Shown: positions 1-9,300 of the stretch, in pieces
How the letters are laid out: each line of letters opens with the position of its first letter
Numbering within the stretch: the stretch's first letter is position 1
IMG/VR virus record: IMGVR_UViG_3300033550_000002
Span: 1-64,000 of that record
DNA from: a virus
Reading direction: 5' to 3' (one strand)
DNA: 64,000 bases
Translations under genes and position numbers: made by a program
Notes under the pieces: generated by a model
Told to the model about the DNA's origin: nothing
Seen by the model: the letters and a program-made list of their open reading frames with translations, nothing else
Database searches by the model: none

Positions 1-491
1 CCGCCTGCACCACCCCAGGTCTTTCCAAGCGAAGCGCCCCCTCCTCCTCGGTGGTGGCGGGCGGGCCGCCGTGCGGCTCGCGCGCGCGTCACAGACGGAT
101 GGAGGAGGACGGAGTCCTCCGTAAAGACGTCTGTGGTTCTGTCCGGTGGGTGGGTGGACGTGAGGAGCGAAGCGACGAACGTGCACACACCCTGAGGACA
201 TGTACCTGTTCTTAGGCCGTGTATGCGCTGGTCGCCTAGATGCATCTCTGTTTTTTCCGAGAGTTGGCGGTCTTTGGCTGCCAATGGCAACCCCATCAAA
301 GTAGGACATACTGACCAACTTTTGGGCTACTTCTCGGGGACTGCCCACGAGGTGGACCCATAAGCCCCTGACCAGGTCTTTCTCTTCCGCTCTAGTGGTG
401 GGGGACTGGCAGAAATGCGCGTTGACCCTGGAAAAGTCGACTATTAATCGGGATTAATCGGACATCGATCGGGCCGGTCTACCATCACCCC

Positions 492-986
492 ATGGCCGCG
501 ATGACCTTTGTGACCGCCACGAGCGGCACCAGCGACACCGTCCCTCCGGACTTCACCACGGCGATCGGCCGCATCCGGGCGCTCATCCCCGACGTCGAGC
601 AGGTCGACTACACGGGCGAGGACGAGCCGGAGTACATGTTCTCCGACCTGCACCTGAGCGCCCTGTACGAGATCGCCCCCGGCGAGACGAATGCGCGGAT
701 CTACCGGGCCGCCGCCTCGGCGCTGCGGGCGCTCGCCGTCTCCGAGGGTCTGATCCAGAAGGTCATCCGGACGGAAGACCTCCAGACCGACGGCGCGAAG
801 CTGGCCTCGGCCCTGCTGGCCGCAGCCCGGCAGCTCGACGACCGGGCCGACCAGGTGGACGAGGACTCCGAGATCATGCAGATCGTGGACTTCCAGCCGC
901 TTCCGCAGGAGACCTTCCCGTACTCGCTGCGGGGCTTCCCCGCCGCGTACACGTACGGACTCACGGGTTTCAGGGGCTGGCTGTAG
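492..986 (+). CDS. putative head-to-tail adaptor
   Basis: 164 aa, first gene of the + strand virion module; 'IGRIRALIPD...AAASALRALA..E..I.KVIRT.DLQTDGAKL' resembles actinophage adaptors. Confidence 0.6.
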   Translation: MAAMTFVTATSGTSDTVPPDFTTAIGRIRALIPDVEQVDYTGEDEPEYMFSDLHLSALYEIAPGETNARIYRAAASALRALAVSEGLIQKVIRTEDLQTDGAKLASALLAAARQLDDRADQVDEDSEIMQIVDFQPLPQETFPYSLRGFPAAYTYGLTGFRGWL

Positions 987-1076
987 CCGGATCGGAGGGA
1001 TACCGGCCCGTAGGGCTTCTCATCCAGGGGAATCCGAGTAGGTTTCCTCGGATCTGCCGCGAGGGATGAGGCCCAG

Positions 1077-1265
1077 ATGGACGACCGCGAGTTCCTTCCC
1101 CCGATCACCGTGATCCGCGAGTCCGGAGCGATCCGGGTCACCTGCGACAGCGTCACGGCCGTGTTCGAGGAAGGAGGGGCGGAGCCCTCGGATGCTCCGC
1201 CCCTGCTGGTGCGCGTTTTCCGCGCCGTGATGGCGGATCTCCAGCCACCACTGCGTGCAGAATAG
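1077..1265 (+). CDS. small hypothetical protein
   Basis: 62 aa ORF filling the gap between virion genes, GAGG upstream. Confidence 0.35.
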   Translation: MDDREFLPPITVIRESGAIRVTCDSVTAVFEEGGAEPSDAPPLLVRVFRAVMADLQPPLRAE

Positions 1266-1269
1266 CTGC

Positions 1270-1815
1270 ATGGCCTCACTCAACCGTCGAACAGCCCTCG
1301 ATCCGCGCTGGCCGTGGCATCAGCGGTCTGCCGCGATCGGCCACATGAACGCCCAGGTGGAGATCTTCCGCCGACCCGAACAGGGTGGCGACTACGGATT
1401 CGATCCGGCGACGGGCGGCCTCACGATTCCCGACGGAGCGGGCGGGGAGAAGTTCCCCGAGCTGATCCTGCTGTACCGGGGTGACGGCCGGGTCGTGAAC
1501 AACAAGGACTGGCGCGCCCGCGTGCGTACGCAGCGCGGCGACATGGGCACCGTCCACGCGATCCGCGTCCAGGTCCCCATCGCGAAGTCTCCGCCGGTCC
1601 ACGCGAACGACATCATCCGGGTGATCGACAGTCCTCCGGACCAGGAACTGACCCACTACATTTTCCACGTACGCAACCCTCTGATGTCGTCGAACGCATG
1701 GCTTCGGAACTGCCTCTGCGACGTGGACGCGGCGCACCCGCAGACGCTTCCGCCGCCGTTCGAGGGCACTCCGGCCGTCGTCCTCCAGGACGGCCAGTGG
1801 GTGATCGGACCGTGA
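1270..1815 (+). CDS. putative head-to-tail stopper/closure protein
   Basis: MASLNRR start at 1270; position after adaptor; beta-rich 'VRVQVP..PPVHANDIIRVIDSP.D..L' pattern. Confidence 0.55.
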   Translation: MASLNRRTALDPRWPWHQRSAAIGHMNAQVEIFRRPEQGGDYGFDPATGGLTIPDGAGGEKFPELILLYRGDGRVVNNKDWRARVRTQRGDMGTVHAIRVQVPIAKSPPVHANDIIRVIDSPPDQELTHYIFHVRNPLMSSNAWLRNCLCDVDAAHPQTLPPPFEGTPAVVLQDGQWVIGP

Positions 1816-1834
1816 TGACGAGGCAGGGGTACGC

Positions 1835-2740
1835 GTGGGTCTGAAGATTGCTCTTCTGAGCAGGGACAACGGAGTTGGGCTCTCGCTCGACGTCGGGCTC
1901 CTTCGTGAGCTGTTCACCTCGGCCGGGCACGAGGTCGAGTTCTACGACTGGCAGTCCAAGACGATGCCGCGCGCGGATGTGGCGTTTCACCTGGAACTGG
2001 TGAGCCGGAATCTCGCGCAGAACGCGGCCAGGAACATCGCCATTCTGAACCTGGAATGGTTCCCGTCGGAATGGATGAAGTACCTGCCCGCCTTCAACCA
2101 GATCTGGGCGAAGAGCCGGTACGCGTACGACTTCTGCCGGATGCGGGGCGGCCGGGGAGTCACCCTGACCGGCTTCCTGGGCCAGGACCGCCTGGACGAG
2201 TCCGTGGAGCGCGAACTGCGGGTGCTGCACCTGCGCGGCCGGTCGACGATGAAGGGCACCGAGAAGGTCGTCGAGGCGTGGCGGACCAACCCGGACCTGC
2301 CCCCGCTCACGATCGTCTCCAAGGAGCCGCTGACGGTGCCGGACGGCGTGACGGTCATCGAGTCGCCCTCCGACAAGGAGCTGACCCGGATCATCAACCA
2401 GCACGCGATCCACCTGTGCCCCTCGACGGCGGAGGGGTGGGGGCACTACATCGTCGAAGGCATGTCGGCGGGGGCCGTGGTCATCACGACCGACGCCTCG
2501 CCGATGAACGAGCACATCCGGCCCGAGTGGGGCTACCTGGTGGGCGTGCGCTCGAAGTCGCGGCACCACATGTCGGAGCAGGTGTTCACCACGCCGGAGT
2601 TCATCGCGGAGGCCACCCGGAGGGCCGCCGCACTCCCCGAGCCCGTCCGGGCCGGGGTGGGGAAGCGGGCCAGGGATCACTTCCTGGCCAGGAACGAGGA
2701 GTTCAGCAGGATGGCGCTCGATCTGGTGGAGAAGGTCTGA
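1835..2740 (+). CDS. glycosyltransferase, GT-B fold (GT4-like)
   Basis: 'HLCPSTAEGWGHYIVEGMSAGAVVITTDASPMNE' is the GT4 EX7E motif; upstream 'KGT..VVEAW'. Confidence 0.85.
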   Translation: MGLKIALLSRDNGVGLSLDVGLLRELFTSAGHEVEFYDWQSKTMPRADVAFHLELVSRNLAQNAARNIAILNLEWFPSEWMKYLPAFNQIWAKSRYAYDFCRMRGGRGVTLTGFLGQDRLDESVERELRVLHLRGRSTMKGTEKVVEAWRTNPDLPPLTIVSKEPLTVPDGVTVIESPSDKELTRIINQHAIHLCPSTAEGWGHYIVEGMSAGAVVITTDASPMNEHIRPEWGYLVGVRSKSRHHMSEQVFTTPEFIAEATRRAAALPEPVRAGVGKRARDHFLARNEEFSRMALDLVEKV

Positions 2741-3591
2741 TGCGGCACGTGGTGCTCGTACCGGCCTGGCGGCGGCCGGACATGCTGTACGCCTGCCTGA
2801 GCCGCCTGGAGAAGGCGGCACGGCCGGGTGTCGAGGTGGTCGTCAGCCTGGACCGGGGCTACGACAAGGAGACGCGGGAGGTCGCGAACCGCTTCACCGG
2901 CCGCCTGCCGGTGCTGTACCTGCGGCTGATGCATCACCACATGTTCCGGGGGAACTCCTACAACGTCCTCTCCGGGCTCGCGGACTGCCTGAAGAGCAGC
3001 CCCGACCTCGTCCACGTGGTGGAAGAGGACATCATGGTGGCTGACGGGTACTTCGAGTTCCACGAGGCGATGCACCGCGCGGAGCCGGGCGCGTTCGCGG
3101 TGAGCGCCTGCCGGAACCAGAACGCACCCGCCACGGGTGCGGCGTACCTGCACCCGTCCTACCAGTCGCTCGGCGTCTCCATGCGGCCGGATGTCGTCGA
3201 GCGGCTGGCCAGGCACACCAACCCGGTGTACTTCGGCGACATGGTGATGTACTGCCGCAAGAATTTCCCCGCGAGCCGGATTCCGCCCGGCCATGCGGAG
3301 CAGGACGGCCTGATCAACCGGGTGCGCGAGAGCCTGGACGGGAAGACGGTCTACGCGGAACGCCCGCGTGCGTACCACGCGGGATTCCACGGCTACAACC
3401 GGACCGGCACCAAGCTCACGGAGGGGCCGTACTGGGAGAGGGCTGAGAGGATTCTCTCGATGACCTCGGACGACCTGAACGCGATGGCCGGGGAGATCAA
3501 GGACTACGAGGCGTTCGACCTGGACGAAGTCCTTCCGCTGGACCAGGAGGAGCGGGCCCTTTCGGCTGGACGTCCCTGGGTCAAACTGTAA
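2740..3591 (+). CDS. glycosyltransferase, GT-A fold
   Basis: TGATG-coupled to the previous gene; 'VLVPAWRRPDML..CL..L', 'VVVSLD', 'HVVEEDIMV' (EED acidic motif). Confidence 0.75.
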   Translation: MRHVVLVPAWRRPDMLYACLSRLEKAARPGVEVVVSLDRGYDKETREVANRFTGRLPVLYLRLMHHHMFRGNSYNVLSGLADCLKSSPDLVHVVEEDIMVADGYFEFHEAMHRAEPGAFAVSACRNQNAPATGAAYLHPSYQSLGVSMRPDVVERLARHTNPVYFGDMVMYCRKNFPASRIPPGHAEQDGLINRVRESLDGKTVYAERPRAYHAGFHGYNRTGTKLTEGPYWERAERILSMTSDDLNAMAGEIKDYEAFDLDEVLPLDQEERALSAGRPWVKL

Positions 3592-3609
3592 GAACCGAGG
3601 TGGACGCAG

Positions 3610-4023
3610 ATGGCTTACATCGGAATCAAGTACAACTACAAGTTCGGTGGCACGAACCGCTATTACGGCAGCGGTACGCCGAGCGGTGCCTTCGATGCGG
3701 GCCTCTCCGCGTTCGTCGTCGACCACCTCAACAAGTCCCGGCAGCAGCTCGTCCTGGAGATGTCGAACGCGCGCCGTCGCGGCGAGGGGCAGGTGCGCGC
3801 GAAGAGCCGGGTGGACACCGGGCTGATGAAGCGCTCCGTCACGGGGACCGGCGACTTCGGCACCGACATCCTGAAGATCAGCTTCGGCTGGGAGCACCGC
3901 GAGCCCTTCTACGCGCCCTTCCAGGAGTTCGGCACGAGGACCGGCATCACGCCGATGATGGCGGTTTTGGACGCCTTCAACCGCGTGACGACGGAACTCC
4001 AGGCCCGGATCGGCGGTCGCTGA
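3610..4023 (+). CDS. HK97 gp10-like tail completion protein
   Basis: 'RVDTGLMKRSV...YAPFQEFGT' motifs. Confidence 0.8.
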   Translation: MAYIGIKYNYKFGGTNRYYGSGTPSGAFDAGLSAFVVDHLNKSRQQLVLEMSNARRRGEGQVRAKSRVDTGLMKRSVTGTGDFGTDILKISFGWEHREPFYAPFQEFGTRTGITPMMAVLDAFNRVTTELQARIGGR

Positions 4024-4505
4024 TGGCTTCCCTGCTCGACTGGCAGCTCGACATCTTCCACCGGCTGGACACCGGCCTGCCGAATACGCCCGTGTATCTG
4101 GAGGGAGTTCCGGAGAACACGGAAATCGTGAAAGACCCCTCGGCCTTCTACAAGCCGAGCCTGATTCTGTGGTTCGGCCAGGCTTTCGACGTGTCGGGAT
4201 TCGGAGGACGAATCTCCATCTCCGATCTGTGCGGAAGCGGGGCGGATGGAGGTGTGACGAAGCAGGCGGCCTTCATCGTCGAGTCCGTCGCCCCCTCCGG
4301 CCTGTCGCTCCTCCAGCTCGCGCAGGCGGCCAGGGATCTGCTGCACGGGTACCGACCGGCCGGGCAGGGGGAGCTTTCCGAAGCGGGATCGGGCACCGTG
4401 CGAGACCCGTATCCGGTCGGTATCGGCGACACTCTCCGGTTCTATCTCGCGATCGGATACCGGGGCCTGATCAACGTCGGTCCGCATACGGAGCCGGGTT
4501 CCTGA
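4023..4505 (+). CDS. putative tail terminator
   Basis: TGATG-coupled, immediately upstream of the major tail protein; 'L.GYRPAGQGEL'. Confidence 0.6.
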   Translation: MASLLDWQLDIFHRLDTGLPNTPVYLEGVPENTEIVKDPSAFYKPSLILWFGQAFDVSGFGGRISISDLCGSGADGGVTKQAAFIVESVAPSGLSLLQLAQAARDLLHGYRPAGQGELSEAGSGTVRDPYPVGIGDTLRFYLAIGYRGLINVGPHTEPGS

Positions 4506-4601
4506 CCGCCAGAAGGTAACGTCTCCGACGAATGCCCCAGGTAACGCTTTCCTGGTTACACTCCCCCCGTAAGATCTTGCCTTCGGCCGGAGGTACCGAG
4601 C

Positions 4602-5168
4602 ATGGCAGCAGTGAAGAGCCTTCCGCCGTCGCTCACCATCTGGTGGGTCGACGAGTCCGACCAGACGTCCCTCGGTTACGAGGGCGTCTACGGTGCGGGC
4701 TTCGCCGACATCGACCACCCGACGGCGGCGGAAATCAACGCAGGGATCAACATCTCCTGCGCCCTCACGACCGACCTGACCCTGGGCTGGACGGATCGCG
4801 ACACCGACGACACTCGCGGACTCTGCGACGACTCGAACGTGGCGACCCCGACGGCCAAGAACTACGAGGGCCAGCTCAACGTCTTCATCGACCGCGACCC
4901 GAACAAGCTGGAGGAGTCGATCTACAACGACGTCCTCCACCTGTTCAAGAAGCCGCTCCGTTCCGGATACCTGGTGCAGCGCATCTCCAAGCACCCGGTG
5001 AACGACCCGGCGGCGGTCAACACGGACTGGGTCACGGTCTTCAAGTTCCTCAGCGGCGACCCGAACGTCATCAACGACGCGACGGCCCCGCTCCAGATGC
5101 AGCCGACGTTCTACGCGCAGGGCCGCTCCTCGGACGGTCTCGTGCAGGTCGGCAGCACCGGAAGCTGA
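4602..5168 (+). CDS. major tail (tube) protein
   Basis: 'PTAAEINAGINISCAL...LGWT..DT.D...LCD' typical of actinophage tail tube proteins; GGAGG RBS. Confidence 0.85.
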   Translation: MAAVKSLPPSLTIWWVDESDQTSLGYEGVYGAGFADIDHPTAAEINAGINISCALTTDLTLGWTDRDTDDTRGLCDDSNVATPTAKNYEGQLNVFIDRDPNKLEESIYNDVLHLFKKPLRSGYLVQRISKHPVNDPAAVNTDWVTVFKFLSGDPNVINDATAPLQMQPTFYAQGRSSDGLVQVGSTGS

Positions 5169-5193
5169 CGTACTACCCAAGGGACGGAACAGC

Positions 5194-6000
5194 ATGACGC
5201 AGGACACCGTGGGGGCGGGCATCCCGGAGCCCGGCCCCGACAACTTCGACTTCCAGGCATGGCTCTCGGACACGGCCTCCTTCCCCGAGTTCGACCACAC
5301 GGTCTACGTCGACCAGAAGAGCGGTGCCGAACTGGCCCGCGTGATCGACCAGATCGAGATCGTGACGCTGGAGGCCGAGCACATCGCGAAGCAGGTCGAG
5401 GAGCGCCGCAAGGGTGGCTCCGGCTCCTTCGTGGACCCCGTGCTCGACGATCTCCTCCGCCAACACGAGGAGGCGGCCAGTGAGGCGCAGGCGCTGATCG
5501 AGCGCAAGCGTGAGCTGAACGCGAACATCCTGGCCTCGGCCGTCACCCTCTCGTTCCAGGCGCGCACGCCGGAGGAGCTGGGCACGATCACCCGCGAGGC
5601 CACGCGGAACTTCCACCGCGAGAACCAGCAGTTCGCGAACGCCTCCGACGACAACCTGGACTACGTCACGCTGCGGACGCGGTACACCCTCACGGCCCAG
5701 CTCGCGCACTTCTGCACGGGCATGGAGGTCAGGGGCCGGAAGCTGCCGCCGCCGAGCCAGACCGACGCCGACGCCCTGCTGCGCAGGCTGATCACCTCCG
5801 AGACCATGCGGCTCATGGAGAAGATCGGCACCGAGCTGTCGGCGGCCCGCGACTGGACCGACAAGATCGATGCCGGGTTTCCTGGCGGAGGTGCTGACCT
5901 GGAAGACCGGGTCGTGGATCAGGCCGGTGCTGAAGGCGGCCCGGTCGTGGGGGGTTCCCCCGATGGTGATGCTGACCGGCGAGACGTCGGACTGGTCTGA
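5194..6000 (+). CDS. tail assembly chaperone (G-like)
   Basis: lies between major tail and tape measure genes; overlaps a second ORF. Confidence 0.75.
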   Translation: MTQDTVGAGIPEPGPDNFDFQAWLSDTASFPEFDHTVYVDQKSGAELARVIDQIEIVTLEAEHIAKQVEERRKGGSGSFVDPVLDDLLRQHEEAASEAQALIERKRELNANILASAVTLSFQARTPEELGTITREATRNFHRENQQFANASDDNLDYVTLRTRYTLTAQLAHFCTGMEVRGRKLPPPSQTDADALLRRLITSETMRLMEKIGTELSAARDWTDKIDAGFPGGGADLEDRVVDQAGAEGGPVVGGSPDGDADRRDVGLV

Positions 6001-6304
6001 CCAGAGGAACCGCAAGCTGGCCGTGGCGCTGGAGATCCTGGACGAGGAGACCTGCAAGGGGTGCGGGACTCCGGCCTGGATCGGACGGTCGACCAACAAC
6101 GAGATCATCTTCGACCTCAAAGGCACCGTCTGCTACGCCTGCGCCGAGCTGGAAAAGGACAAGGAAGCCCGGGAGAAGAACAGGGGCGGCGCACCCCGAC
6201 TCAAGGGCGAGACGAAGTATGCGCGAGCACGTAACGTATGGGGTGCTGATCGCCCGCTGCCTTCGCGGGCGCACGCGTACAGGAACGACATGCCGAATGA
6301 GTGA
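5870..6304 (+). CDS. tail assembly chaperone frameshift extension (T-like)
   Basis: overlapping ORF in the +1 frame with CxxC..CxxC ('CKGCG','CYAC'), ending just before the TMP. Confidence 0.65.
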   Translation: MPGFLAEVLTWKTGSWIRPVLKAARSWGVPPMVMLTGETSDWSDQRNRKLAVALEILDEETCKGCGTPAWIGRSTNNEIIFDLKGTVCYACAELEKDKEAREKNRGGAPRLKGETKYARARNVWGADRPLPSRAHAYRNDMPNE

Positions 6305-6325
6305 CCGGAACAGTGGAGGTCGGCC

Positions 6326-9300
6326 GTGGCAACCAGCTTCGACGCTACGGCCAGGATCAACCTCGACATCCGGGCATTCGCCCAGGGCGCTCAGGCCGTC
6401 ACCAAGCAGGGCGGCCAGATGGAGAAGGTCTTCCAGAACCTGAACCAGGTCATCGGCAAGGTGGCACTGGTCGAGGACGACCTCGCCAAGAAGCTGAAGG
6501 CGTCGCTGACCGTCTACAACCAGATCATCAGCGCGACGAAGAACTACGCGTCGGCCGTTCAGGCCCTCTCGAAGAACGAGCAGTCCGGTGCCAAGGGTGC
6601 CGAGCTGATGGTCAAGGCGTTCCAGCAGCTCCGAAGCGCACTCGCCCAGATCGCACCGCTGGGCGAGAAGGAGTTCCAGCGCATCCAGCGGACGATCGTC
6701 CTGTACGAGCGGATGGCCAAGGTCATCCAGACCCTGGCCTCCGCGCAGAAGAGCATGTCGAGCGTCACCCAGAACGCGATCACGGCCGAGCAGAAGGAGG
6801 CCGCCGCCCGGCAGAAGGCGGCGCAGGCTGCGGCCAAGCAGGCGCTCGACGAGCAGAAGCTGGCGCTCGCGAAGGAGCGCCTGGCGGCCTCCACGGCGGC
6901 CTCCACGCAGAAGATGGCCCTGGAGGAGCAGAAGCTCGCCCTGGCCCGCGAGAAGGCCGCCCAGGCCGCCCAGCGAAGCCTCACCGCAGAGGAGCGGACG
7001 GCGCAGACGCGGCAGCGTCTCGTCGCCTCCAACCGGCAGCTCGACCAGAGCCAGGTCTCGGTCTCCTCGTCGACCTTCGCGCTCCGCAACTCGATCGGCC
7101 AGCTTGAGCAGGGCTTCCAGAACCTTCTGAATGTTGTTCAGAAAATCCCCACCGCCATGGCCAGCGCCGCCATTTCGCAGGAGCAGGCGTTCGCCCAGGT
7201 GGCCCGAGTCGTCGGCGAGGCCGAGGCGGCCTCCGTCGGTCTCCTTGAGCGCTTCCAGGAGATCGCGCAGAGCGCCCCGATCTCCTTCGAGGAGGTCGCC
7301 CGCATCGGTCAGCTCGGTGCCGCGATCGGCGTCTCCGAGCAGAACCTCGGCGACTTCACCGACACGATCGTGAAGTTCTCGCTGACCACGGGCGTGGCAT
7401 CCGAAGAGGCGACGATCCTCCTCGGTCGTATCGCCCAGATGCAGAACGTGCCGATCTCGGAGATCGACCAGCTCGGCTCCGCGATCCTCGCTCTCGGTAC
7501 GGCCTCGGCCGCCACCGACCAGGAGATCCTGCGCGTCAATGCGTCGATCGCCACGGTCTCGAACCTGTTCGGTCTCACCGCACAGGAGACCGCCGGTCTG
7601 TCGGCGGCTCTCGCCACCCTCCAGGTCCGGCCCGAGCTGTCGCGTGGTGCCCTGACCCGTGTCTTCAACGAGCTGACCCTGGCCATCGCGGACGGCGGGA
7701 CCGAGCTGTCGAAGCTCGGCAAGGTCATGAACCTCACCGACGAAGAGGTGACCCGTCTCTTCAACAACCCTGCCATGCGGGGCGAGTTCCTTCAGCAGTT
7801 CATCCAGGGCCTGAGCCAGTTCGCGGGAGCGGGCGGTGACGTCCAGGGTGTTCTGCGCGAGCTGGGCATCAACGCGGTCCGCGACATCGACGTGTTCTCC
7901 CGCCTCGCGAACAACTTCGACATCGTCAAGGAGTCGTTCGAGCGCGCGAACACCGAGTTCGCCCGTGGCTCCGAGCTGAACCGGCAGTCGAAGGGCATCT
8001 ACGAGACCACGGCCGCCGAGATCCAGAACCTCTCCGACGCCTTCCAGACGCTGCTCGCCAACCTCGGCGGCCCGCTGGCGAAGGCGCTCGGCGGCGTGGC
8101 GTCCTTCATCGCCGACGAGGTGCTGGCCCCGATCGCCCACCTGGGGCCCGTGATCCCCATCCTGGGCACGCTCGTCACGGTCGTCACGGCGGCCGGTGCG
8201 GCCTGGCTGATCTACCAGATCGCCCTCTCGAAGACCATCTCGTCGATGATCGCGGCCCGGGAACTCCAGAAGAACCTCGGCGTCAGCACTCTCAACCTGC
8301 GCACCGCGTTCAAGGTCTTCCGGGGCGAGCTGGACTCGACGGTCGCCGCCGAGACGGTCATGGTCAATGCGACCCGGGAGCTGGCCGGGACCACCCAGAC
8401 GCTGGCCGGATCGCTCGCCCGTTCACAGGCCGGTATGCGGGCGTACGCCGCAGCGGCCGAGTCCTCCGCCCTCGGCCTCGGGACCCTGAGTGCCGCCACG
8501 GTGGCCGCCTCGCGCAACATGAACACGATGTTCCAGGCGGCGGCCACGCAGCGCGGCGTCCTGACGCAGCTCAACACGGCCGGGTCCGCGACGGCCCTGG
8601 CGATGACCGGGATCTCGGCGGCCAACATCAAGGCGGCCGACTCCCAGAAGCGCTTCGCCGACGCCTCCGGCCGGTTCGCTGGCCAGACCGCCCTGGCTGC
8701 CGGTGCCGTGAGCGGCCTGAACCGTTCGACGGTGCAGACCGTTCCGCTGCTGAGCGGCATGTCGACGAACATGCAGCGCGCGGCGCAGGCCGGTGCGTCC
8801 CTCGGCTCGGGCTTCACGGTGGCGGGTAACGCCGGACGCACGGCCGCGACGGCCTTCACGAACGTGGCGACGACCACGACCCGGGTCGGCCTGGCGGCCC
8901 GTGCGGCATCCTTCGCCTTCGGTCCGTGGGGCCTGGCGCTGACGACGATCGCGATCCTGCTCGGGCCGATGATCTCCGACATGGCGGCCTTCAGCTCGGA
9001 GGGCGAGCGCATCGCGGCTTCGGCCATGGAGGCGACCGGCGGCACGCAGGCCCTCGCGAACGCCATCAAGGCGGACACCGAGACCTTCAAGCAGACCGGC
9101 CAGGCGTACCGCACCATCTCCATCAGCGCCAAGGACATGGCGGACGCCACCAAGCGCAGCGCGGAGACGGCCCGGGACTCGGCGAAGGAGCAGCTTCGGG
9201 CGATCGAGTTGGTGAAGGGATCGTCCGCCGAGCTGGACAAGCAGGCCCAGGGGCACGACGAGGGCGCGCAGGCGGCCAGCCGGTACCTCCGGGAGATCGA

